Assembly (NCBI GenBank): GCA_002269645.1
Contig: NIVC01000176.1
Coordinates: 744,001-808,000 of the forward strand
DNA: 64,000 nt
DNA from: Macrostomum lignano
Lineage: Eukaryota
Direction of reading: 5' to 3'
Part shown: one piece after another, positions 52,401 through 64,000 of the stretch
Layout of the letters: each line of letters opens with the position of its first letter
Numbering within the stretch: position 1 is the stretch's first letter
The notes under the pieces: model-generated
Seen by the model: the letters and a program-made list of their open reading frames with translations, nothing else
The model's database searches: none
What the model was told of the DNA's origin: nothing
Program-made: the position numbers and the translations under genes

Positions 52401-54395
52401 TACAGCATACTACAGTAAGCTACAGCATAACTACAGTAAGCTACAGAATAATACAGTAAGCTAGAGCATACTACAGTAGGCTACAGCATAACTACAGTAA
52501 GCTACAGCATAACTACAGTAAGCTACAGCAAAACTACAGTAGGCTACAGCATAACTACAGTAAGCTACAGCATAACTACAGTAAGCTACAGCATAACTAC
52601 AGTAAGCTACAGCATAACTACAGTAAGCTACAGCATAACTACAGTAAGCTACAGCATACTACAGTAAGCTACAGCATAACTACAGTAAGCTACAGCATAA
52701 CTACAGTAGGCTACAGCATAACTACAGTAAGCTACAGCATAACTACAGTAAGCTACAGCATAACTACAGTAGGCTACAGCATAACTACAGTAAGCTACAG
52801 CATAACTACAGTAAGCTACAGCATAACTACAGTAAGCTACAGCATAACTACAGTAAGCTACAGCATACTACAGTAAGCTACAGCATACTACAGTAAGCTA
52901 CAGCATACTACAGTAAGCTACAGCATAACTACAGTAAGCTACAGAATAATACAGTAAGCTAGAGCATACTACAGTAGGCTACAGCATAACTACAGTAAAC
53001 TACAGCATAACTACAGTAAGCTACAGCAAAACTACAGTAGGCTACAGCATAACTACAGTAAGCTACAGCATAACTACAGTAAGCTACAGCATAACTACAG
53101 TAAGCTACAGCATACTACAGTAAGCTACAGCATACTACAGTAAGCTACAGCATACTACAGTAAGCTACAGCATAACTACAGTAAGCTACAGAATAATACA
53201 GTAAGCTAGAGCATACTACAGTAGGCTACAGCATAACTACAGTAAACTACAGCATAACTACAGTAAGCTACAGCAAAACTACAGTAGGCTACAGCATAAC
53301 TACAGTAAGCTACAGCATAACTACAGTAAGCTACAGCATAACTACAGTAGGCTACAGCATAACTACAGTAAGCTACAGCATACTACAGTAAGCTACAGCA
53401 TACTACAGTAAGCTACAGCATACTACAGTAAGCTACAGCATAACTACAGTAAGCTACAGAATAATACAGTAAGCTAGAGCATACTACAGTAGGCTACAGC
53501 ATAACTACAGTAAGCTACAGCATACTACAGTAAGCTACAGCAAAACTACAGTAGGCTACAGCATAACTACAGTAAGCTACAGCATAACTACAGTAAGCTA
53601 CAGCATAACTACATTAGGCTACAGCATAACTACAGTAAGCTACAGCATAACTACAGTAAGCTACAGCATAACTACAGTAAGCTACAGCATAACTACAGTA
53701 AGCTACAGCATAACTACAGTAAGCTACAGCATAACTACAGTAAGCTACAGCATAACTACAGTAAGCTACAGCATAACTACAGTAAGCTACAGCATACTAC
53801 AGTAAGCTACAGCATACTACAGTAAGCTACAGCATACTACAGTAAGCTACAGGAAAGCCGGAAGCCTCACATTAAGCGCTTGACTAGGAGAATAGTTTGA
53901 GTCCAGCCAGGCCTCATTGCTCATCAGCTTGGCTCTGGGATCAATGATCAGCACATTCCACTCGGTGATTGACAGGTTCCTAGCCGCATAGGCGTAGTTC
54001 ACTGAGCAGGCTAGAACGATTTGAGCCTCGGTGCCGGCGGCCGGCAGCAGGCGGACGACTCGGCCACGGATGCTGGCCAGCGGTGATGAGGCGTTGCTAG
54101 GCTGCAGCACGGCAACTGAGTAGCTCACGGAGCGGGCGCCGCGCCACCTGGAGCGGCCGCTGCGGAACGAGCAAACGAAAGCTGCCGAATCGGGCTTCGG
54201 GTTGTCATAGTAACCGAACAGTCTCCGACCTTCGGTTGTGTAGAAAGCCACGGCTGGTGAATGGGGAACGATTCGTTGGGAGAGATTCGCCGAGCGGGTC
54301 GCGGCGACGGCTAGGGCGACAGATTCTTCTGCTCCTAGAAGAGCAGCGAACAGAAACGCCAGCAAGACGGCGAAGCAACGATAGCGCTGCTGCAT
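45987..54395 (-). CDS. Secreted protein, 820 aa: signal peptide, 2-3 Ig-like domains, SUEL/rhamnose-lectin-like Cys module, ALK/LTK-type glycine-rich domain. Exons 54395-53871, 51381-51082, 50026-49735, 49445-49196, 48479-48268, 48181-47910, 46985-46506 and 46118-45987.
   Basis: Intron phases 0,0,1,2,1,0,0 join into one ORF from MQQRYRCFAVLLAFLFAALLGA to GGNEASIDGSVTIYYLDNQC*. Ig-type Cys pairs (SCQVVV...FECRAD; LSCQAD..YSWR..ICCKG). GRD motifs SAAGAAGG, GGRGASARGKFRLERGQMLAIVVGQHGG, GGGGGSFV, LAAGGGGGA and GGFGGGGGG...GGGGGYSGG. No TM or kinase before the stop. Confidence 0.82.
46205..46500. repeat. (ACT)n/(AAT)n trinucleotide tract filling the last intron
   Basis: Seen directly; ends at the CTCAC donor at 46501-46505. 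Confidence 0.95.
47090..47330. repeat. 48-bp intronic minisatellite
   Basis: CCAGGGATTTGCCAAGGTCATATTCCAGGAATTTTCCAGTGTCGTGTC units. Confidence 0.9.
47520..47810. repeat. 40-bp intronic minisatellite
   Basis: AAGAATAACAAGACTGAACCAGACAGAGAGGGAGAGAGAT units. Confidence 0.92.
48470..49180. repeat. 34-bp repeat (48470-48750) containing copies of the adjacent splice acceptor, followed by a C-rich repeat of about 19 bp
   Basis: The minus-strand unit contains GATCAG|ATGGGTCAAGGA, the same as the exon start at 48479. Confidence 0.9.
50100..51065. repeat. Intronic 20-bp repeat (ATGTCAGGAGACTACAGTAG)n with higher-order blocks, then (GTCAGGGAT)n
   Basis: Seen directly. Confidence 0.92.
51545..53850. 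repeat. 20/21-bp minisatellite (CTACAGTAAGCTACAGCATA[A])n, about 2.3 kb, filling intron 1
   Basis: Seen directly; variant blocks recur. Confidence 0.97.
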
Positions 54396-54884
54396 GTTGG
54401 ATGCAGTCTCGAGTATTGGCAGGTGTCTAAAATCTTGAAATTTGAGCGTTTATTAAAGCCCAAATAGCTGGTTTGGAACAGTAAAATCTTATCTTCTTGC
54501 GCAGAATTTCGATGCCAGAAAATTGCCAACCCAATCTGTAAATTTATGACACAGTGATGACACAAGCAGAAACTCAATATACAGCGCCTACCACTACTAA
54601 CCTGCGCGTATACATTTAAGGCTAAAAATTCAAACAAATCAGCATGATAAGCTGCGCTTTGAAGTAAGTTCAGGAAATTTCTGAATTGAAGAAAGTTATT
54701 TGACGACGTTTGGAGGAGATGCAAGCAAGACTGATAAGATGCCAATTAGCTGGGGGCAGATGGATAAGGGGGTGAAGCAATGAAGATTTGTGCGCTCAGA
54801 ATCTAGATAAGATAGTAAGTTAAAGCCTGTAGGTTTTTGGACTTGGTTGGTTTTTCTATAACAGCTGAAGAAGCACCAAATTTG

Positions 54885-55545
54885 GGTGTCAGATGGTGCA
54901 TGGTGTCAGGGTGAATCAATCTGGGTGTCAGATGGTGCATGGTGTCAGGGTGAATCAATCTGGGTGTCAGATGGTGCATGGTGTCAGGGTGAATCAATCT
55001 GGGTGTCAGATGGTGCATGGTGTCAGGGTGAATCAATCTGGGTGTCAGATGGTGCATGGTGTCAGGGTGAATCAATCTGGGTGTCAGATGGTGCATGGTG
55101 TCAGGGTGAATCAATCTGGGTGTCAGATGGTGCATGGTGTCAGGGTGAATCAATCTGGGTGTCAGATGGTGCATGGTGTCAGGGTGAATCAATCTGGGTG
55201 TCAGATGGTGCATGGTGTCAGGGTGAATCAATCTGGGTGTCAGATGGTGCATGGTGTCAGGGTGAATCAATCTGGGTGTCAGATGGTGCATGGTGTCAGG
55301 GTGAATCAATCTGGGTGTCAGATGGTGCATGGTGTCAGGGTGAATCAATCTGGGTGTCAGATGGTGCATGGTGTCAGGGTGAATCAATCTGGGTGTCAGA
55401 TGGTGCATGGTGTCAGGGTGAATCAATCTGGGTGTCAGATGGTGCATGGTGTCAGGGTGAATCAATCTGGGTGTCAGATGGTGCATGGTGTCAGGGTGAA
55501 TCAATCTGGGTGTCAGATGGTGCATGGTGTCAGGGTGAATCAGTT
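54885..55545. repeat. Perfect 39-bp tandem repeat, about 17 copies, upstream of the secreted-protein gene
   Basis: GGGTGTCAGATGGTGCATGGTGTCAGGGTGAATCAATCT; no variant units seen. Confidence 0.97.
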
Positions 55546-56471
55546 CTGGCAGACTTTGCTACCGATATGTACATGTAGCGCATGAAACTTTGTAAAGGGT
55601 ATTTAAAATACTTTGATACACGAAAATTTATTAAATAAATTACCTTCAAAAATGAGCTTTCACTTCTCGGGTACTCCGAGTGTTCCTCTCAAGGTGTCAA
55701 AATGTTTTTTGAGTCAACTATCCGTAGATCCGCCGCGGTTTTTAAGTCGTCCCAGCCACAGGAATTCCGATTGTGTAAACAAATTGAAAATTTCCGGATT
55801 TTTTTGTTGTAATTTAAATGAGTAGACAGACATGCGGTACTATATATTGAATATTCAGCAAGCCAAAAAAGTTCTTTTTACCTTTGGAAAGGAAATAAAA
55901 TTCTGCAATGAGTCACAGTCTCGCCTTGTGTCGCCCTTCTGACCTGCCTAATTGCACCCTCTCTTGACCGAAAAAATTATTTGTTTAAATTATTCCATTT
56001 TTTGTTAATCAAAGCACAGTCGAGTCATTGGGGGGGGGTTCGCTTGTCCCATTAGAAATGCGAGAATTTCTACCCAACCAGTGAGTTGCCGTGAGTCATG
56101 AACTCTACTCTGAAATGCCGAAACTCGCAGCACAAATCACGCGCACAACGCCCATTGCCCAGTGACTCGGTGTGACTCAGCGTCTCTGCTCAAACACACT
56201 CGATCTTCAAAGTCTTCTTTTGTGCTCAATGAAGGCGACTCAAACCCAATTACGGCTGAGAAATTGTTTCGGAGAGCGTGGGTTGAAGCGTGAGTGAGTG
56301 TTAGCTAAGCTCTTCCGCATTCCGGGGTGTTATTATTTTTTAATTTTATTTTATAGAACAAATATACGCCGTCCCTACTGTTAGTAGGAGTTAGTAGCTT
56401 GAATAATTGAGTAAGTAGAGTGAATTGACAGCTGTTAATCGAGTTAAATATAGCATTCCCCCAAACCAATT

Positions 56472-56745
56472 CATTCCAATTCTTTTTTCGCGCACTCCCG
56501 GGATCTGTCTGCTGGGTGGTGGCCTGGGTGGACTCGGTCCTTGCACCGTCCCTGATTCCACTAATATTGGGTTGGCGGTGTCTTAGTCCATAAGGCTTGG
56601 GTTAGTAGCTCCCCCTGGCCCAGACGTCAGGGTCCAACCTCGGGGTATCTCGGGCTAAGGCCCCTGGAAGTGCCCCTCAGCGGCAGAGCCCCTCCCAGGG
56701 CTGATCCGCGGGTAGCCCCCGGCTTCCCTCCCCGTTTAACAACAA
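56472..56745 (+). mobile_element. SINE-like or 5'-truncated LINE 3' UTR insertion
   Basis: GC-rich body ending in an (AAC)n tail, flanked by the 10-bp direct repeat CAAACCAATT (56462-56471 and 56746-56755). Confidence 0.55.
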
Positions 56746-58081
56746 CAAACCAATTGAGCCAAGAAGAGTGCAATTCCATTCTAAGCAATCAACAGTACAG
56801 CATAGAGGTTTTACCATAGACAAAGACTGAATAGATGTACATGTTTAGCCCCTGTCTCTTGCTGGCGCCTCTGTCTCTTGGTAACGCCTCTGTCTCTTGA
56901 TGGGCACCCCTGTCTCTTGGTGGGTCACCCCTGGCACCCCTGTCTTTTGGTGGGTCACCCCTGGCACCCCTGTCACTACTAAGGACTGGCAGATGTGTTG
57001 ATTTTGGAGGTGGGGTGGGTGTCAACCCTCCTCGCCTCTCATTGGCTGGCGCCCCGATCACTAGGTGATCGATACCCGTATCGATATCGGCGCTCGGCGC
57101 GCGCGCGCCGCAGGCGCGTGGCGCCAAGCGCCGCAGGCGCACCCTCCCGATATTAGATCCCAATAAATCAATCAGACCCCAAATCAATCAGATCCCAAAT
57201 CAATCAGATCCCAAATCAATCAGATCCCAAGCGCACCCTCCTGAGCCGCAGACGCCCATGCCGCAGGCGCCCCGAGTGTACACTCTCCCGAGCCAAAGGT
57301 ACACTCTCCCCAGTACACTCTCCCCAGTACACTCTCCCGATATGTACACTCTCCCACTCTCCCGATATGGGTGTACACTCGCCCAATACAGGTGTACACT
57401 CTCCCGATATGTAGTCAACGATACGTACCCCGCAGGCACCCTATACCTCACGCCCTGCCCCCACCTAGCCTCTTCCCCTCTCTCACCCACATCTCAACTA
57501 GCGAAATCGAACCCAGGTCGCGCCCATACTAGGCCACTACACGGTTTGGGGGTATAGGGAGCGAGAAGTTTTAACCCTGATGCTGACGCAGCCCTGTACA
57601 GTGAGCGTGTACGGGCAGAGAGGGGTGGGGCGGACAGAGAACCAGCCACTAGGTTGTTATACTGTTGAAGCATAGGGAGCGAGAAGTTTTAACCCCGATG
57701 CTGACGCAGCCCTGTACAGTGAGCGTGTACGGGCAGAGGGTGGGTGGAAAGAGATGTGAATAACACAGCCTGCTGCAGGAGCCGGATAGAGAGGCGCATG
57801 CTAGGACAGAGAGACAGTGTGAGTCACACACACACCCACAGAGAGAGCCGTACAGAGGATAGAGAGCTCCCTCCCCAGTTGCAGGGGACAGAGAGGCAGG
57901 CAGGGTATGCAGGGGCATGCGAACAGTCAAGGGGCCACGCGAGGATAGAATGGAGGAGCAGAGATGTGTATGGACAGAGAGCAGGCCACGCGTGCGTAGT
58001 GTGAGGGAACAGAAACATATGGAGCAGGAGGGAGATAGGAAGCAAACGCGCAGGGTAAGGGAGCCACACAGGGCGGTACAG

Positions 58082-61000
58082 TGAGACACGGGCAGGGGTG
58101 GAGCCGTGCGTGGACAGAGCTGAACGGCATGGTCAGCTGCAGGAATAGGATGATAGAGAGGCGCGGATAGGAGGGACAGAGAGCAGTGTGCAGGGGTAGG
58201 CAGCCACGCTGGCAGGGAACAGAGGCGCGTGTAGCCAGTTGCAGCCCGGGACAGAGAAGTGTGAAGGGGGCCTGGGACAGAGTTCCGAGCAAGGCACAGA
58301 GAGGTAGGGTCCGGTAGCCATGTATAGACAGGGACCCACGCGAGGGCAGGACAGGGGAGTAGACATGCAAGTTGCATGCAAGGCCAGAGAGGTGTGCGCG
58401 GAGGGTGACAGAGAGCAGTGTGTAGGGGTAGGTAACAGCAAACTTTAGTAGAGGTGCGTGCGGGGACGGAGAAACCAGTCTGAGCGTACAGAGACGTTAC
58501 AGAGAGGTACACAAACAGAGAACAAAGCGAGCAGAGCACATGTGTAGGCGCAGAGACGTGAGGGAGAATCGACCAAAACACGCTATGTATTATCAAAAGT
58601 TGGTTTTAGTGCAGCATATTTAATAGTGGGTAGTATAATAGTATGTACATAGTAGGTATAATGGTAGTAATAATAGTAAGTATATTAGCCCAAAAGGTAG
58701 GCTAAAACAGGCTAAACTGTGTGTACGCATCCTCATCACCCCACAAGCCCCCTCTCCCGCCAGATTCACTCTTCCAAACCCTCCTGTATTGCTGTATGAA
58801 GGAAAATATAGTGTAAAAATACAGATGTTAACCGTCAGACCGCTGAAATCAGGGCACACTAGAGGGGGTTTCGGGTCTGCATGCTCTATGTAAGCTGCTT
58901 GAGGAGGTTCCAAGGGCGTTGTGAGGGTTTCCATTATGTTTTGAAAAAACTAGGGGCTTAAATACAACGTTTTATTCAAAAAGTAGGTTATTTTAATGAA
59001 ATAGCTGACACAATCATTGTCGAGAGTAGAAATTTTTATAAGAAACCAGGCATTTTAGCAAAAATAAACCTTCAAACCACATAAAATTGAATAAAAAGCA
59101 GACATTTTCAATTATAAACCGCAAGTATTTTAATAGAAAAGTAAGCAAACAAGGCACAAAAGCAGCAAATTTTACCTTTTTTATTTTAATGTTACTGTTA
59201 AGGTAGAGAGTAGAAACTTGTGAGCTGTACGGAGTTAGAAAGTATTAACCATTATGTATCGTATGAATTATTAGTTCAGTACCAGCCATTGGTCAAGCGA
59301 GCATTTATGAAGTTATTACGAGTGATGAAGGGATAGAGAGCTATATACAGGAAGACAGTATCCTTCTAAACCACCACGAACAGATTGCTAATACAGATAA
59401 GCTTTGTCTGTGTGCAGTATGAGTAAGCGAAGGCGGGGCAAATACTTTTCCACATGCCGGACAGAACAGTATTGTGCTAGGATTTCTCTCGAAATCGCGG
59501 TACGTTACTAGTTTTTATCACACCATCCAGATGCGTCAACTAGTCAGCAGTAGTCATTTATATGTTATTAGAACTTACAAACCCAGGTCAGGTAAATATT
59601 ACAAAGAGTATATTACGTACACACGCCAACTCCGAATACCAAGCCATACTAGTCTACTTGCAGTGCTCCTGGAGGGAAGGGACGGTCAAGAGTTACACAC
59701 CAAGAATGCATTCACACAAAGAGTACACCACTCGAGCCCCGTCCATGCGCCCCGATATGTATGACGCAGGCAACCCTCCCGACATGTATGCCGCAGGCGA
59801 CCCTCCCGACATGTACCCAACATGTATGTCGCAGGCGACCCTACTCACATGTACCCCGACATGTACACCCTACCAAATGGCACTCGAGCCACAGGTGCCA
59901 AGCGGCCCCCGAAATGTACGCCGCGGGCGCCCCCCCCCTCCCGAGCCGAAGGTACACTCTTCCAATATGAGTGTACACTCTCCCAATACAAGTGTACACT
60001 CTCCCAATATGAGTGTACACTCTCCCGATATGAGTGTACATCGATTTGTAGTCAACAATACCTATTAACACAAAATTAGGCTAGTGAAAACTACTTATAG
60101 TAGGTGAAATTGCGTATATTTACGTAAAAAGTAAGCAAAACACATATTAATCACATCAGTAGGTGTAAATATCAGGGCATAATACATATTACGAAACATA
60201 TAGGTGTACGGACATATAGAATTAAGCATATGGACAGCAAAAACACACAATGTAGGTGCATTTTATCGATATTTTGGCAGAAAAGTAGGTGAAATAGACA
60301 AAATAGTAGGTATAATACACAGAACCTACTCATTAGTGTAGTAGGCGCTTGTAGATGCTAGTATATTGTAAAACATAGGTTGAAATACACATACGCACAG
60401 TAGATACAAGTATAATGCAGGTGCATATGCACACACTGTAGATTCGAATTATGTAGATGCATAGGCTAAAATACACACATCGTAGAGACAGAAGCAGGCA
60501 TAATGCAGGAAAATTATGATACATATTAGTGCGTAAAGTATCATATTATGACACGCTGTAGCACATATTGACATAATGCAGGGGAAAATATTGACAGAAA
60601 TAGTACACAATTGTAGAGGTAACAACCCGCCAACTAGTAAGGGCATCCAGCACTTGTTCAGGTTTTTATTATTTCGAGACGAGTGTCATGCCCCCGCAAG
60701 AGATCTTGTGTTTGTGTTTGTGTGTGTGTGTGTGTGTGTTTGTTTGTGTACATTGTGTACATTTGCGTACATGTGGTCCTATATACCGGAAATTGCGTAC
60801 ATTTATGCGTACAATTATGTCTATGCGCTACATTGTGTGTAGTTCGTTGCCCTGCGTTTGTAAATACAGTTTAGTCCGTGCACTGCATTGATGCCTACTT
60901 TTGTGTTAGGTACCTGCTTTTTATTAAATACACTGCACCAAAAGCAACTTTAATCGGTACATACTGTGTTTTTGTAGAGGTGCCGGTATGCTTTTTAATA

Positions 61001-64000
61001 CATATGTCTTTAGTGTAATTTGGTGTGCTTCAACTTGGCTCGCGAATCTTGCACTATAGCTCTCTAGTGGAAAGTACTCTTACTTGTGCTGGCTGCAGGT
61101 GATAGTAAGGCTTTCTGCTTGACTTCTTTAGTTTACTTGATGGTTAAATGAGGAGTGGGAGCTGACGCGCCTACCTCGGGGAGGAATGCAGCCCCACGGT
61201 CTGGTGCAGTGCAGCGCTTTCTGTTATCCCTCTCCGTCCGCACTGTACTTGGTCTCCGCTAGGATCACCCCTTGGGGTTAAGAGTGGGCGGGTCCTTTGT
61301 ACTCGACCCTGGGTTAAAAACTCGCATTTGGAGGCTCTGGGGAGAGTTGCAGTGGAGTTCAACAAATTTCTGATAAGATCTCTTGCGGGGGCATGACACT
61401 CGTCTCGAAATAATAAAAACCTGAACAAGTGCTGGATGCCCTTACTAGTTGGCGGGTTGTTACCTCTACAATTGTGTACTATTTCTGTCAATATTTTCCC
61501 CTGCATTATGTCAATATGTGCTACAGCGTGTCATAATATGATACTTTACGCACTAATATGTATCATAATTTTCCTGCATTATGCCTGCTTCTGTCTCTAC
61601 GATGTGTGTATTTTAGCCTATGCATCTACATAATTCGAATCTACAGTGTGTGCATATGCACCTGCATTATACTTGTATCTACTGTGCGTATGTGTATTTC
61701 AACCTATGTTTTACAATATACTAGCATCTACAAGCGCCTACTACACTAATGAGTAGGTTCTGTGTATTATACCTACTATTTTGTCTATTTCACCTACTTT
61801 TCTGCCAAAATATCGATAAAATGCACCTACATTGTGTGTTTTTGCTGTCCATATGCTTAATTCTATATGTCCGTACACCTATATGTTTCGTAATATGTAT
61901 TATGCCCTGATATTTACACCTACTGATGTGATTAATATGTGTTTTGCTTACTTTTTACGTAAATATACGCAATTTCACCTACTATAAGTAGTTTTCACTA
62001 GCCTAATTTTGTGTTAATAGGTATTGTTGACTACAAATCGATGTACACTCATATCGGGAGAGTGTACACTCATATTGGGAGAGTGTACACTTGTATTGGG
62101 AGAGTGTACACTCATATTGGAAGAGTGTACCTTCGGCTCGGGAGGGGGGGGGCGCCCGCGGCGTACATTTCGGGGGGCCGCTTGGCACCTGTGGCTCGAG
62201 TGCCATTTGGTAGGGTGTACATGTCGGGGTACATGTGAGTAGGGTCGCCTGCGACATACATGTTGGGTACATGTCGGGAGGGTCGCCTGCGGCATACATG
62301 TCGGGAGGGTTGCCTGCGTCATACATATCGGGGCGCATGGACGGGGCTCGAGTGGTGTACTCTTTGTGTGAATGCATTCTTGGTGTGTAACTCTTGACCG
62401 TCCCTTCCCTCCAGGAGCACTGCAAGTAGACTAGTATGGCTTGGTATTCGGAGTTGGCGTGTGTACGTAATATACTCTTTGTAATATTTACCTGACCTGG
62501 GTTTGTAAGTTCTAATAACATATAAATGACTACTGCTGACTAGTTGACGCATCTGGATGGTGTGATAAAAACTAGTAACGTACCGCGATTTCGAGAGAAA
62601 TCCTAGCACAATACTGTTCTGTCCGGCATGTGGAAAAGTATTTGCCCCGCCTTCGCTTACTCATACTGCACACAGACAAAGCTTATCTGTATTAGCAATC
62701 TGTTCGTGGTGGTTTAGAAGGATACTGTCTTCCTGTATATAGCTCTCTATCCCTTCATCACTCGTAATAACTTCATAAATGCTCGCTTGACCAATGGCTG
62801 GTACTGAACTAATAATTCATACGATACATAATGGTTAATACTTTCTAACTCCGTACAGCTCACAAGTTTCTACTCTCTACCTTAACAGTAACATTAAAAT
62901 AAAAAAGGTAAAATTTGCTGCTTTTGTGCCTTGTTTGCTTACTTTTCTATTAAAATACTTGCGGTTTATAATTGAAAATGTCTGCTTTTTATTCAATTTT
63001 ATGTGGTTTGAAGGTTTATTTTTGCTAAAATGCCTGGTTTCTTATAAAAATTTCTACTCTCGACAATGATTGTGTCAGCTATTTCATTAAAATAACCTAC
63101 TTTTTGAATAAAACGTTGTATTTAAGCCCCTAGTTTTTTCAAAACATAATGGAAACCCTCACAACGCCCTTGGAACCTCCTCAAGCAGCTTACATAGAGC
63201 ATGCAGACCCCGAAACCCCCTCTAGTGTGCCCTGATTTCAGCGGTCTGACGGTTAACATCTGTATTTTTACACTATATTTTCCTTCATACAGCAATACAG
63301 GAGGGTTTGGAAGAGTGAATCTGGCGGGAGAGGGGGCTTGTGGGGTGATGAGGATGCGTACACACAGTTTAGCCTGTTTTAGCCTACCTTTTGGGCTAAT
63401 ATACTTACTATTATTACTACCATTATACCTACTATGTACATACTATTATACTACCCACTATTAAATATGCTGCACTAAAACCAACTTTTGATAATACATA
63501 GCGTGTTTTGGTCGATTCTCCCTCACGTCTCTGCGCCTACACATGTGCTCTGCTCGCTTTGTTCTCTGTTTGTGTACCTCTCTGTAACGTCTCTGTACGC
63601 TCAGACTGGTTTCTCCGTCCCCGCACGCACCTCTACTAAAGTTTGCTGTTACCTACCCCTACACACTGCTCTCTGTCACCCTCCGCGCACACCTCTCTGG
63701 CCTTGCATGCAACTTGCATGTCTACTCCCCTGTCCTGCCCTCGCGTGGGTCCCTGTCTATACATGGCTACCGGACCCTACCTCTCTGTGCCTTGCTCGGA
63801 ACTCTGTCCCAGGCCCCCTTCACACTTCTCTGTCCCGGGCTGCAACTGGCTACACGCGCCTCTGTTCCCTGCCAGCGTGGCTGCCTACCCCTGCACACTG
63901 CTCTCTGTCCCTCCTATCCGCGCCTCTCTATCATCCTATTCCTGCAGCTGACCATGCCGTTCAGCTCTGTCCACGCACGGCTCCACCCCTGCCCGTGTCT
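58082..64000. repeat. Large inverted repeat: left arm about 58082-60707, unique spacer 60708-61374, right arm 61375-64000 (runs off the window)
   Basis: Mirror ORF pairs are symmetric about 61041 (60333-60524 minus = 61558-61749 plus; 58133-58441 minus = 63643-63951 plus). Inner junction ...GCAAGAGATCTT / AAGATCTCTTGC.... The differences I found are homopolymer-length indels. Confidence 0.95.

Noticed and set aside
57500-64000. Short ORFs in the palindrome arms, and a RIP-like mutation explanation for the TA-rich texture
   Set aside because: The ORFs are low-complexity and mirror each other. CA/TG dinucleotides are still abundant and the arms show no transition differences.

Overview
Eukaryotic (metazoan) genomic DNA, not prokaryotic. 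It has GT-AG introns, GC-rich exons, and introns and intergenic DNA filled with micro- and minisatellites. That style resembles the flatworm Macrostomum lignano (inference from sequence character only; not verified). I assembled four spliced genes by hand, with splice phases that check out. (1) A 2-exon divergent class A GPCR (+, 3075-7506). (2) A 3-exon gene fusing 11 ankyrin repeats to a Mab-21/cGAS-like nucleotidyltransferase with an apparently intact catalytic triad (+, 14360-19479). This is the best candidate for a novel innate-immune system. (3) A 9-exon, roughly 1000-aa low-complexity orphan (-, 44313 to about 34132). (4) An 8-exon secreted protein with Ig-like domains, a SUEL-lectin-like module and an ALK/LTK-type glycine-rich domain, but no transmembrane or kinase domain (-, 54395-45987). 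Mobile elements: a near-intact LOA/Lian-type RT-RNaseH LINE, a hAT MITE with a perfect 8-bp TSD, an RTE remnant, two Ty3/Gypsy integrase pieces (one with PPT and LTR), a Penelope-like GIY-YIG fragment and a SINE-like insertion. The window ends in a non-coding inverted repeat with arms of at least 2.6 kb. Most long ORFs in the supplied track are artefacts of simple repeats. No rRNA, tRNA or CRISPR array was found. All domain calls are by motif recognition, without database searches.
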